From Blepharisma stoltei ATCC 30299 (taxonomy: Eukaryota; Protista; Ciliophora): a stretch of DNA of 64,000 nucleotides. The stretch covers positions 558,001-622,000 of the forward strand of contig CBFDEM010000036.1 of assembly GCA_965603825.1 (NCBI GenBank), given 5' to 3'. Under the pieces are notes generated by a model. That model searched no databases. It saw only the letters and a list, made by a program, of their open reading frames with translations, and was not told where the DNA came from. The position numbers were made by a program, and so were the translations under genes. Shown one piece after another: positions 1-11,190 of this stretch (positions within the stretch are counted from its first letter, which is position 1; the number at the start of each line of letters is the position of its first letter).

Positions 1-2
1 TC

Positions 3-272
3 ACTTCAAATAAATATGAAGAAATCCACCCAACTTCCCACAACATTGACGTACCAAATATTTCAAGAATTGACTATACATTGGTCGACATTGCAAGGGA
101 TGGATTTGTTTCGTTAATGGATGAGCAAGGAAACACAAAAGAAGACTTAAAACTTCCAGAAGACGAAGAAGGAGCCAAAATCCGCGATTTGTTCGAAAAT
201 GGAGCTACAGTTTCAGTGACTGTTATGAAAGCTATGGGTCAAGAGAGAATTATGGCTGGTAAAGAAATCTAA
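3..272 (+). CDS. eIF5A: Eukaryotic translation initiation/elongation factor 5A, C-terminal part (5' end lies outside the window)
   Basis: The frame is open from position 3: TSNKYEEIHPTSHNIDVPNISRIDYTLVDIARDGFVSLMDEQGNTKEDLKLP..VSVTVMKAMGQE. This matches the eIF5A KKYEDICPSTHNMDVP...DGYLSL..DLKLP pattern. Ends at TAA. Confidence 0.95.
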   Translation, partial: TSNKYEEIHPTSHNIDVPNISRIDYTLVDIARDGFVSLMDEQGNTKEDLKLPEDEEGAKIRDLFENGATVSVTVMKAMGQERIMAGKEI

Positions 273-344
273 GCAAATAATACATATGATCTCTTAGTGA
301 AATTGTCTTTATGAATATTTATATGATTTTGATCTATGTAATAA

Positions 345-1001
345 ATGGAGCAGTCCAAAGCATTGGCGAAGCATGCAAAGTCCCAGCGGAAAATAGACGA
401 TGATGTCAAGCCAATCATCATAAATGTATTTTATGTGCTTTTGGTAGTCATCACTTTAGGAGCTTTTATGGGATATGCAATTAATGCAATTTATACAAAT
501 CCAAAGTCTCTTATGAAAGACTGGGGTATAAGCTCACTAACAGGACCAAAATGATATATGCAAAATTGTTTTGTATTTATGTGAATCTTTAAATTAGTAT
601 CAGTTGTTTATATATTGTCAAAAAACTCAAAGTTATCAGAAGAGTTTGTTTTGGCTTTAAGAGATATTGGAATTACTGTTGCATTCGTATTGGAATACTA
701 TATTTCTCTGGAAATTTATTATTTTTCAGATCGTTCTTTTAAGTTATCTGGCCATGCACTGGCATTAAGTACAATGACCTGCATGATTTTGATTGAGTGC
801 CAAAGAAATGCTAGTATCACAAATAACAAAATTTGGCAGAATTTTGGAAAATTCATGCTAATATTTCATTGCTATATTTTGTCATGGACTAGTTTTGCAT
901 ATCATACCTATCTTGAACTTTTTTCAGGGCTTACTATTGGAATTTTAACCATTTGACTATTCCACTTACTTGCTAATAAACTAATAACAAAGAATAAATA
1001 A
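345..1001 (+). CDS. Multi-pass membrane protein, FIT2/Scs3-like (PAP2-superfamily acyl-CoA diphosphatase-like)
   Basis: ORFs 345..554 and 615..956 share a frame and join through TGA=Trp codons, ending at TAA 999-1001. It carries KLSGHALAL and FAYHTYLELFSG, resembling the FIT-family SGH and YFHxxxExxxG motifs, plus several hydrophobic helices. Confidence 0.65.
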
Positions 1002-1067
1002 CTTATTTTAGGCTGCAAAGCAATAATTAAAACTTTAAATTAACCCTCTTTAATAGTAAAAATATAA

Positions 1068-1409
1068 ATGCAAGAAGATGAAAATACGTCAATTAACAAA
1101 GATAGCAATCTGTCAGGATCCTTCGACAAGCCCTTATCTGCAGACTTAAAATCTCCCCCTTTCCCTCTAATGAGCTTCCTAATGGTGCTGTTTTTTGCAA
1201 TTTGCAGCATTGCATCCATGCTGACTGGATTTTATGTAAAAAACTCTTATAGAAGTATAGCAAAAGCGGTTCCACTTTGGCTTCTCGGTGGATTTTTCTT
1301 TTTGCTTTTCCTAACAGCTTCTTTATGCTATGCTTCAAAAATTCAGCGTCGACAAAGACGAGGAGTTGAAATTTATGCAAAAGTTAACACTGATGAAGCA
1401 AATAATTAA
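1068..1409 (+). CDS. Small hypothetical two-TM membrane protein
   Basis: ATG in an A-rich context, two hydrophobic stretches, a basic stop-transfer segment, and a TAA stop. Confidence 0.7.
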   Translation: MQEDENTSINKDSNLSGSFDKPLSADLKSPPFPLMSFLMVLFFAICSIASMLTGFYVKNSYRSIAKAVPLWLLGGFFFLLFLTASLCYASKIQRRQRRGVEIYAKVNTDEANN

Positions 1410-1451
1410 TTTTACTGAATAATGAGACTCTGCAAATAATAATTATTTTTG

Positions 1452-2918
1452 TTATTCTCTTCGGCTAGCAAACTCGACAAGGTATTTTGGGAGCACTTGT
1501 GCGGATGTGAAAAATACTTGAATATCATCATACCGAGTCCCAGGACTTCTGCAGAGATGAGAATGGTGGGTAGCTCTCATCAATTCTTCTGGGCTGTTTA
1601 CTTTATTGCCATTTTTCCCAGGCAATGCTTTGCATATCATCATCCAGTTGCCTTCTTTTGCGTAATTAAGTGAAAAATCTGGAGTAGTTGCTGTATATAC
1701 TCCAAAACCATGTGCTACACCGTTAACTGCGTTAAAGCCAGGATCAATTCCACCAATTTTGAACCCTCCTCTGCATATTTTTTCGTAATTTTCATATTTC
1801 GAGGCATGAAAAACATACTTTTCTTTGCTTCAGTCCTCCCCTTCTTTTTTCCCTTCTTCTATGAGCTGTTTCCTTCTTTGCTCAAATATTTCCTCAAGCT
1901 TTCGGTTGACTATTAGTTTTACTGATTTAACTAGTATATCATCCTGCTTTATAAACTGGTCAAATGAGTATTTCGCATTGATATATTCTTCTTCATTTAT
2001 TGTCCTTGGATACCCGTGCTTAGGAGGTTCAAGATCCACAAAAAGAGCATCAGTATTTAGAACTTCTATTTGGTTATAGCAAGAAGTTCCATCATGAGCT
2101 GCTTTTGTGCATCGAGTACAAATAATGATACCACAATATTTGCAAGTTTCTTTGAATTCGCGCACATCTAATTCTAGTCTGCGATTGCATTGAGGATTAG
2201 GGCACACAGATAAGCGCATGTTTGGGATTGTAAGTTTATTCCAAACTAAACTAATAAGATCTTCATTCGGCTCTAGAAGCTTTTTAATAGTGTCATGGAA
2301 AAGCTTCCTATTGCAGCCTTGAATCAGACACTTAAATTTTTCTTCACTTTTGTGCACATCAGTAATATAGTCAGCAACACACTGAAGGCAGAGTTTGTGG
2401 CCATTTACGCAGGCTGTTTGGCATGGGAATTGTCTTAAGCTGCATTTTGCGCATTGATCATATAAATCAGTTTTAGTTTCTTCTTCATTTATAGTTAAAG
2501 CTCTCTCTAATTGCTCATAGGCATCATTACCAAGTATATGACGAATATATTCTAATTGTAAGTTTTGGTCAAAAAGTTGTGAATGAGGGATATGCTGATT
2601 GATGCAAGCAATGCATTCAAATCTCTGCATGAAACCCTTTTTTTGTATAAGAGGATATAGGTAGCTTCTCAGACATTCAATACAAGATCTATGACCTCTC
2701 GAGCACATAAAGGATGCGTAAAGATCGTTCTTGGAAAATTCATTATTCATTCCTTGGTAAAGATAGAAATGTGAGGAGCATCTCACTTTATCTGTCGGAG
2801 TTATAGTCACATTGACACGATAGCGGATAATGTCAGCAATTACTCGTCGGATTGATGTGAAGTCCTTTTGATTGATGCATTCTTGAAGCTCAGCGACTAA
2901 GGCTTCTCTACTTATCAT
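1452..2918 (-). CDS. RING-like/RING-IBR zinc fingers fused to a PARP-family (ART) catalytic domain, ~488 aa
   Basis: ORF 1830..2918 continues through TGA (1830-1832) into EKYVFHAS..GFKIGG..HGFGVYTA..YA..MMICKALPG..DIQVFFTSAQVLPKYLVEF, which are PARP catalytic motifs. The N-half has RING-like CxxGHxxCxxC units and an IBR (CPNPQC..CKYC..CTRC..H..C). Confidence 0.88.
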
Positions 2919-3225
2919 ATTAAAATTTTTGTAGCATTATGAAATTATATAATATTGCTTGTGATATGATTTATTAGAATAAAATAATTTAGATCGATTG
3001 TAATATTTTTATTTACTTTTCAACGCAACATTGCTAATAAAAATAAATAATTTTATTCTTGCATCATTTTCATTATTAGCCTAAGGTAGCGCATTCTTAT
3101 ACTTAATAGCATATAATAAAATCATTTAATATCATATCAGGAAAATTATATTCAATTAAATTTTATTCAGAATTCGTCATATTTTCTCTCCTCTACTATT
3201 AGTATTACTACTTCAATAACTCAGT

Positions 3226-4251
3226 ATGGACAACTCCCACATTATCAACCTTACAGAACCCTTGCACGAGTCCATTACTGGCCTTGATCATCTCGGTAAA
3301 AAAGTCAGAATCCTCACTTTAAACTGTTTTCTGCGTCCTCCACCCATAAAAAACAATAAATGTGACTATAAAGACGAGAGAGCAAAATTCATAATAGAAA
3401 ATATCCTGAGCAACTATGATATCATTTGCTTCCAAGAAGTATTTGGCGCTTTAAGCAGCCGGAAAAGCAGAATTATCAAAGCAGCTGTGAAGCTAGGATT
3501 TGTTTATTATGAGCAAGCACCAGCCCCTGGATTCTGAAGTACACAATTTATTGATGGAGGGCTAGTTATCCTCAGCAGGTTTCCTATATTACGAACCGAT
3601 TTTCAAGCCTTTAAGAATGGAGTTGTGCCAGATCTTTTTTCAATGAAAGGAATACTTTATTGTAAACTAGAAATCCATGGAGAGCCAGTCCACTTGTTTA
3701 CAGCTCATCTCCAAGCTTCTTATCCTACTACAAATCAAAGAACCTTCTTGCATTATCGACAAGTTAGAAGACACCAAATGAAAATCATGGAAGAATTTAT
3801 TGCAAAAAATTCGAAAGCAAAAGAGTTGACTCTGGTGTTAGGCGACATGAATGTTGATGGAAAAGAAAGACAAAAGCAGCCTTTATTTCATAATATTGAA
3901 TGTCAGGATGACTATGAAGTGCTTATAAGCCACTTATGTGGAGGGAATTTAGGGAATATTTTGGATGTTGTTAGAAGTAAGTATGGGTATTCACCAGCTA
4001 CTTATGGGGTGAAGCTGCCTAATGGAGAGCCTGAGGAAACTGTTTTATCACATAGAAATGAAAATACAAGGGATACTTCAATTGATCATATTTTTGCTAT
4101 GAATTTGAACGAGTCGGTATGAGTTATTTAGAAATTTGCAATTGAGAATAGTGATACTCGTGTAGAGCCATTCTACGTGAAAGGGATGCCTTTTAATAGG
4201 GTTAGTGATCATTATGGAGTGCAAACATCTTTTTATCTCAAATCTACGTAA
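3226..4251 (+). CDS. Endonuclease/exonuclease/phosphatase (EEP) family enzyme, neutral sphingomyelinase-like
   Basis: Motifs RILTLN, DIICFQEVF, GGLVILSRFPI, AHLQA, VLGDMN, SIDHIF and SDHYGV. One TGA=Trp (3535-3537) and one 15-nt intron (4117-4131). Paralog at 53723. Confidence 0.92.
4117..4131 (+). other. 15-nt spliceosomal intron
   Basis: gtatgagttatttag; removal deletes an in-frame TAG and restores the SDHYG catalytic exon. Confidence 0.9.
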
Positions 4252-4481
4252 TAAACAGCATAAATTTTTTCTAATAATGCACTGCTAGTTACTAATATAA
4301 ACGTTGAGCTAACAAATTTTTAAATATATGAACGAAAATTGCTGAATATTATACAGTTGCAAGAAAATTAGCTTTATGAAAGAATTTGAGAGAGATATAA
4401 AGCCAAATGGTACTAAACATTCTCATAAAGGCGAGTAATGATAAAAATTTGATACAATTTAAAATATAATCTTTATCATAA

Positions 4482-4793
4482 ATGGCTCTAAGCTCAATTG
4501 GTAAAGCCTTTTCCCCAAATCCTAGGATTGAAAAAGATGAGCTGATGGACTATTTACACTGGGTAAAACAAGCTTTAGGACTAATTTTTGGAATTATTGT
4601 GGGAAGTGCAAAATATACAGGATTTCCAGTAATAGTAATATTTGCAATTGCTTTAAGTGCAGTTTCACTGTTTTATGCTTGGAAAATCATAGGCACTGAA
4701 GAAATCGAAGCTTGGGATATTGTTTCAGAAGCGTTTGGGCCAGGATTTTTCAGTTTTATACTTGCATGGATATTAGGGTACACATTTCTTTAG
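4482..4793 (+). CDS. RAB5IF: RAB5IF/C20orf24 (OPTI, Rab5-interacting family) small membrane protein
   Basis: KDELMDYLHWVKQALGLIFGIIVG..TGF...WDIVSEAFGPGFFSFILAWILGYT is typical of the Rab5ip family. Confidence 0.8.
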   Translation: MALSSIGKAFSPNPRIEKDELMDYLHWVKQALGLIFGIIVGSAKYTGFPVIVIFAIALSAVSLFYAWKIIGTEEIEAWDIVSEAFGPGFFSFILAWILGYTFL

Positions 4794-6252
4794 CAGCTAA
4801 ATATTATTAAATTTCTTTTCAAGTTAAGGTAATTTTGAGACTCTTATGAAGTATTTAAGTGCTTTTAATATAGAAATTCTCTAAGGCCAATACTGCTTAT
4901 TTTAGGATTACAGAGATTAAAAGAAAAAATTTATTGTCTCAGTCATTAGAATTCTTTAGCAGCTATTTCCACTCCATGCTTGATTTAAGAAATTATTTTT
5001 CAATTAAAACATTTTGCTTTATAAATTATGCTTTCCTTCCTCTGTGAGCCCAAATTTTGCTTTCTGCGAAGGTGTTAATCTCTAAAAATTATGAAAATAT
5101 AATGCTTTTTCCCCAATCACAGAAGAAGATTCAGAAATAAATAAAGTAATTTCAATGTTTATAGTTGTATGAATCTAAGGAAGATACCTCAAATAAATAA
5201 TGCCTTAAAAAATGGATCTTATACATAAAAATAATTATACCAATCAATTAATTATTAGTATAAGCTAAATTTATAGTCATATCATTAGCCCATGCTGCAT
5301 TAGATATCTTTATAAGTTTAATTACACTTAATCAATAATTTTTCATCTTAAATTTGTTGGAGCTTATTAGCTCTATAATGGTAATATGATTATAGCATCT
5401 CTACTTGCTATATAGATTAAATTTAGCTTTTGAATAAATTTTCTAATAATTTTCTTAAAAAACTCTTTTTTTTGCTTCATATAAAGTTTAAAAAGCCTAT
5501 TTATAGTCCATTTATATTTCCTAATACAATTAAACTCTTCATGATACCATTACAATATGAACCAATATCTTTATTTACCCAAAAAAGATCTATAGCTATA
5601 GTATAATATTATTTCTTCATTAGGATTTCTTGCTCTTTTTATTCAACTTAACTTAATATTCAGCATTCATGCTTTTATCAAAATTTTTGAAATTTGATTT
5701 AATAACTTATTTTCAACAGCGAAAAATCAAACATTTTAAATTTAACCTATCTAAGTCTTAAAATTAGTAAAAATAATGCGTAGATAAAATAAAAAAATTA
5801 AATAAAATTTTGCTTCTAATTATATCTTCTAGGCAGAGAAATTTCATACGTGAGAACTTTGAGCAACTATCTAATTATCACGACTATTATTTTATATAAA
5901 ATAATTGGCAAATTGCCAAACAGTTCTCTGAGAGAAGCTTTGAAATCTTCTTACAGCTTAAAACACAACCTGAGAAAATAAAAATCTTGCATTTGTTTGG
6001 ACTTTGTAACCTTGACCTAGTAATTAAGACTTCAGGTTTCATATAAATTTTTCTCTCAAAGTTTAAAATTGCAGGGCTTCAGTCCCATTTTTAGGCTTAT
6101 CAAATTTAGGACTATCTCTAAAATCATGCTTTTTTTCCTTATCAAAAGGTCTTGATAAGTTTGCCCTTTTAATATTAAGTACTAAAAAAGCCTTTTCTCG
6201 CCATTTCTTTTACGAAAATTCGGGCAAACTTCGAGACCATATATAATCTTAA

Positions 6253-6696
6253 ATGAAAAGCGATTGCAGTCTATCACAAAAGCAGCCTAATAGGATCCCA
6301 AACGTTTTTTCAGGGATGTTTTCTCTCTTACATGAGAGAGAAGAGTTTGTCCAAGGCACCGAATGCTTTAAGCTACCGAATATTTTTCAAGAGACTCATG
6401 CAGACTTGCTTGCAAATATTCCATCTCTTCCAAGCATTGTTTTACCAGATAATCAAAGGCCAACAAAAATCAATACCGCTTGCCCTCATAAAAACCGAAA
6501 ACATTATGCGAAGAATATGTGCAATAACTGCTACCATAGACTTGGGAGAGTAAAAGCAGCTTGGGCGTGCCCTCATATAGATAGAAAACATTACGCCAAA
6601 GGGAAGTGTCAATTTTGTTACATACAGAATTATCACCGTGATAGAGTTTTGAGAGAAGAGAACCAATTTAAGCTTGAGGATTTTAAATATGAGTAA
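6253..6696 (+). CDS. Hypothetical protein with two tandem ACPHxxRKHYAKxxCxxCY putative zinc-binding repeats
   Basis: Internal duplication: ACPHKNRKHYAKNMCNNCY and ACPHIDRKHYAKGKCQFCY. Confidence 0.8.
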   Translation: MKSDCSLSQKQPNRIPNVFSGMFSLLHEREEFVQGTECFKLPNIFQETHADLLANIPSLPSIVLPDNQRPTKINTACPHKNRKHYAKNMCNNCYHRLGRVKAAWACPHIDRKHYAKGKCQFCYIQNYHRDRVLREENQFKLEDFKYE

Positions 6697-7060
6697 TTTA
6701 TTAATGATAGATATTAAACAATGATAAAATGCTGCTCTACATGTGATTTAAATAATTTTTTGGTTTATTATAAAATAATATATTTTTGTTACAGGGTTCA
6801 ATGAAAAGAATAAAATTTTTTCGGTTTTTTAAAAAAATTAAAGAAAATCACTATGTATTCTATAACCCAAAAACTTATCTTAAGCAGCTGACTATTTTAA
6901 ATGCATACAGCTTTGCCTCTTCGCGACGGTTTCATTTCTAAATCATTTTATTTAAATATTCAAAAACCTCAAAATTATTCAACTATATTCAAAAATTCTA
7001 AATATTTTAGCGTAAAAATCTGATTATAAATTGAAAATGTTAATTTTTTCTTAAGAGTAG

Positions 7061-7954
7061 TTAATTCAATTTTATTTTTTTAGAAGCTTCAGATTCATCT
7101 CTTGATGATATACAGTCCAGAATTAGTTTCCTATGAGGAGCGGGAAGATTTAAATTCTCAAGGTCTCTTTCGTTTAAAGTTAAAAATTCATCCATTGAAA
7201 TTCTTTCATCTTCAAAAAGCTTGATATATCTTTCTAGTCCTATACTACATAACAGATCTCCTATGTTAAGAGTTTTAGATTCTAGGTTTTGAATTTCTTT
7301 TTGAAATAATTTCCTCTGCACTGGCTTTGGCCTATCTTCATCAACTGTTAAATCAATTATTTCATTTCTTTCCGGATTTGGCGACAATAAGTAGAAATCT
7401 TTAATAAATTTATTTTCGTTTCTCTTGAAGCCCACAGCGATTTTTTCTCTTGTTTTAATTTTAGCTATTTTTGCAGCTTCTTCATCGTTGCTATATTTTT
7501 TTATGGTTGTTTGCTTAGAATTTTGCCCTTCAAAACCTGTATCAATTTTGATAGAATTTCCGCTTACTTGGACTTTCCAGTATTCAGTTTTATCGATATG
7601 CTCTAGTTCTAAATATGTGCCATCATATAAGTTCTTTTCTGATAAAATTGATGTAAAACGATTTTTCACAGGAGTTTTTGCGGGGGATTTTAAAATAAGC
7701 CGGTTTAAATAAGGATGGTCTTGAATATAGCCTTTATTTTCTTTTGAAATTACTAAAGTCATAGCCCGAGATAATGCCTCTTCATTAGATTCGTACGCAG
7801 ATAATCCACTTTGTATATCATGCTCAACACCGTCTTTTAATTTTCCATATCTAATATGATTTATTGAGCCTTCATTTATAATTTCTCAAAATTTGTGATT
7901 TGTGTCATGAACTAAATACCTTTTCTCATTAAGGCTAAATTTTGCGGGTTCCAT
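7061..7954 (-). CDS. Tandem WGR-domain protein with C-terminal SAM domain
   Basis: Extends upstream of 7762 to ATG 7954 through TGA=Trp (7886-7888). WGR1: KF(W)EIINEGSINHIRYGK..EEA..KENKGY. WGR2: YLELEHIDKTEYWKVQV..G..EEAAKIAKIKTREKIAVGF. SAM: LLCSIGLERYIKLFEDERI..LTLNERDLENLNLPAPHRKLIL. Confidence 0.82.
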
Positions 7955-8279
7955 ATTTTATATTGTTACAACTTAAACAATAAGAGGTTGATCATTATTC
8001 TTTATGTAAATTCTAATTCTATGAAAATATAATCAGCAAAGTATCAACGAAATTTAGGTAATATTCTTTGATTGAGCTATAGATTAGATTGTGCTACTTT
8101 AAAAAATTATGCACATCAATGCTAGCAATCATACTTTTCAAGAAAATTGATATGATCTCCTATTCCACATCCCATCAAATATCTTCGATTTATTTTTCCC
8201 CTTAAAATGTGTTTATTTTTACACTACTGCTTTAAAGCTTAATATCCTCAATATATCAAGAATATTACACTTAATAAAT

Positions 8280-8864
8280 ATGCCTAGACTATTACTCATC
8301 GCCTTACTTCTAGGTATTAGCTATTCTTTTGATGTTGTGATCCCTACCCAAGTTGAGCAATGCTTTTACGAAGACCTGGCTCCTCAAACTCTCATAGTAG
8401 GTGAAGTTCGCTCAAAAAATCCTAGCAAAGCTCTTTCAGTGAAAGTACGTGACCCAACTGATCTCCTTTTGTTTGAGAAATCTCAAGTAGATTACGCTAA
8501 GTTCTCTTTTACTTCGCTGGAGTCAGGAATTTATCAAATCTGTGTATTAAATAGCGGCCCAGCCATAGCCACGTCAGTCGATGTGAAAACTGGAGTCAAT
8601 GCAAAAGATTACTCTGCAATAGCTTCAACGAAGGAGCTAAAAGATATTGAATTAAAGCTGAGAAAGCTTGAAGATCAAACTAAACAAATACATACCAAAG
8701 TCCAATATCTTAGAGAAAGAGAAGAAGAAATGAGAGGGACCAACCAAACCATCCACAACAGAGTTATAGGGTACAGTATTTGCACACTTGTTTTTCTGGT
8801 TGCACTTGCATTAGTGCAGATTCTTTACTTAAAGAGATTCTTCAGGGCTAAAAAGATGATATAA
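8280..8864 (+). CDS. p24/emp24/gp25L family cargo receptor (TMED10/p24delta-like)
   Basis: Signal peptide, GOLD domain (EQCFYE...YQICV), coiled coil YLREREEEMRGTN, TM segment, and FFRAKKMI dilysine tail. Confidence 0.95.
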   Translation: MPRLLLIALLLGISYSFDVVIPTQVEQCFYEDLAPQTLIVGEVRSKNPSKALSVKVRDPTDLLLFEKSQVDYAKFSFTSLESGIYQICVLNSGPAIATSVDVKTGVNAKDYSAIASTKELKDIELKLRKLEDQTKQIHTKVQYLREREEEMRGTNQTIHNRVIGYSICTLVFLVALALVQILYLKRFFRAKKMI

Positions 8865-9044
8865 GGTAATAAAAGTCGGTAAAATCAATAAAAATGGTTA
8901 TGCGGAACCTATTAATTTGAATAGTTAAATATTCAATGTGAGGGTGAGCTGCAATTTTGTGGAAAAAATTAGAGAATGCATGAAATGAAAGATTCATTAA
9001 TTTGCGAAAATCTTTTTTATTATTATTTATAAAATTTTAAGATA

Positions 9045-10379
9045 TTGTCTAATACGGTGGATTCGCGAAAAAACACCAAGTTTTATAACTTGGAAGAGAA
9101 TTTTAGTTTTTGGGAAAAGAGTAAATGCATTTCAGAAAGAGAGACTACTGCTCCTATTACAGAAGCGATTTTTAAAGGATGACTTACAATATGCCACAAG
9201 AATTGTGTACACAAGAAGAGATTTTTCGTTATCACTAAGAATTTTATTTACTATTGCAAAAGCCAAGAAGATATACGGATTAGAAAGTGAGTCTCAATTT
9301 CTTGGCTCAAACTACAACCGTTCTTTATCGCTACAAAATTAGGAGACCAATATGGATTTCGGCTTGAAGGGAACAGGAGATTCCAAGATTTTTTTGCTGA
9401 AAATCAAGAGATCTTAGATCTTTGACTTGACAAGCTGTCTAGACTTACAATTTTGGAAGATTTAGAAGACGATTTCGCAATACAAAAAGAGCTAGGGAGA
9501 GGGAAATTTGGAAAAATTTATTTAGCAAGTGAGTTTTATACAAGAAAAATCTATGCTGTGAAGTGCCTTCCTAAAGAAAAATCAATGATAGAGAAATCAT
9601 TGAGTGACCAATTTAAAAATGAGGTGGAAATCATGAGGAAGCTAAATCATCCCAGAGTTTTGGGTCTTCATTATTTATACGAGTCAAGTAATGATATAAA
9701 ACTTGTATGTGATTATGTAAAAGGAGGAGACCTAACTCAAAGAATGAGAAGTATAAAAAAATATCCAGAAAATCTTGCTATAATGTTTATCATAAATTTG
9801 CTTGAAGCCATAGATTATCTCCACTCTAATGGTGTTGTTCATCTTGATCTTAAGCCTGATAATATTCTTCTTGAAGACCACGAAGGGTTCAAAATCTGTG
9901 ATTTTGGCTTGTCTGCTCAGTTTGAGACTGACAACGAGCTTACTTCAAAATGTGGAACTCCAGGCTACATAGCTCCAGAAATCCTGCGCGATGAAAAATA
10001 TGGGACAAAAGCTGATATTTTTAGCGTCGGGATCATTTCCTACCAGCTTCTTACTGGCAAATTACCATTTGAAGGTTTTGATGTACTAACTATTTTAGCA
10101 ATAAATAGAGAGTGCCATATAAATTTCCACGAAGATGATTGGTCACATCTTTCGAGTTCAGCTAAAAATTTTGTAATACGATTAACAGATCCTGATCCTT
10201 TTATTAGGCCAACTGCGAAAGAAGCATTAGATGATCCTTGACTAAGCAGTTTGTGGGGGAGAAAAATCAGGGATGTAGAACAGCCGAAAAAGAAAATTTC
10301 AATTGAAGTACCGGAATTCGTATTTCGATCAAAATTGAAGCTGAACTCAAAACCCAACAATGAATGCGTGTTAGATTAA
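9045..10379 (+). CDS. PH-domain Ser/Thr protein kinase (CAMK-like); start codon uncertain
   Basis: Kinase motifs GRGKFG, AVK, HLDLKPDN, DFG, GTPGYIAPE and DP(W). The upstream in-frame PH domain reads FKG(W)L..KKRFFVIT..IYY..L(W)LDKL via TGA=Trp. No ATG precedes the PH domain after TAA 9030-9032; TTG at 9045 is a candidate start. Confidence 0.85.
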
Positions 10380-10430
10380 TGATGATGAAGTACTAAAGTG
10401 TAAAGTGTGTCTAAGTATACTAAGGACAAA

Positions 10431-11174
10431 TTAATTCTTAATGAAATGATAATGAGAAAAATCTGGTGTTGTAATGTATAAGGTTGGGAACTCTACAATT
10501 GGTCCATGTTCTTGAGAGTTTTCTTTTAATGTTTCATTTAATGCTTTCTGTGCATCAATTCTCTGAAAGACCTTTTCCCCTTTTCCTTGCACTCTCTTTT
10601 TTCCAACAATCCAAAGGACCCAAAACTCTTTACTTGGGCTTTTACTTAGTTCATGCACAAATTCTGGCATGGTATTAAAAATTTCTATAGCTTTCCCTAA
10701 GGTCTCCAAAACATTTTCATGATCTTTATTCCCATCCACTTCTATTTTAATTTCCTTATTATTTGATAAGAAAACTCACTCAATTCGCCAATAAATAATA
10801 TTTTCCGATTTCATAAACACTGTAGAATTACTATTATGCTTTGACATTGCTTTTGGCAGAATTCTTAGCTGGATGTTTCTTGCCCTGCATTCATTTTGCA
10901 GCAACAAAAATCGTTTCCTATTATCATGTCTTGATAGTTTAGTGATAACTTTATGAGCTTGGTCAGAAGATCTTATAATATCACTTAGAAAATTTATATC
11001 TCTGTGCATTGTGTTTGTGTTGATATCCTTGATCCCTTCGTATTTTGTTTTATCAGGCATCCCACTGCATGAGTATTTAGTTTTGTGTGATTTAACGCAT
11101 TTCACTGAGCATGTTAAAGATAAGCAGCCAGGGCATTTGTATTTGGATGGTTCTTTACACATAATACATGCCAT
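10431..11174 (-). CDS. BCD1: Box C/D snoRNA biogenesis protein 1 (zf-HIT; BCD1/ZNHIT6-like)
   Basis: CIMC..KYKCPGC..TCSVKCVKSHK..CSG zf-HIT, then RDINFL, LPKAMSKH.N, IYWRIE(W) with TGA at 10776-10778, and IVEFPTLYI. Confidence 0.88.
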
Positions 11175-11190
11175 TTTATAAATTAAGAAA

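Noticed and set aside
345-1001. TspO/MBR assignment
   Set aside because: There is a superficial Trp/Pro pattern, but the SGH and YHT..E..G motifs fit FIT/PAP2 better.
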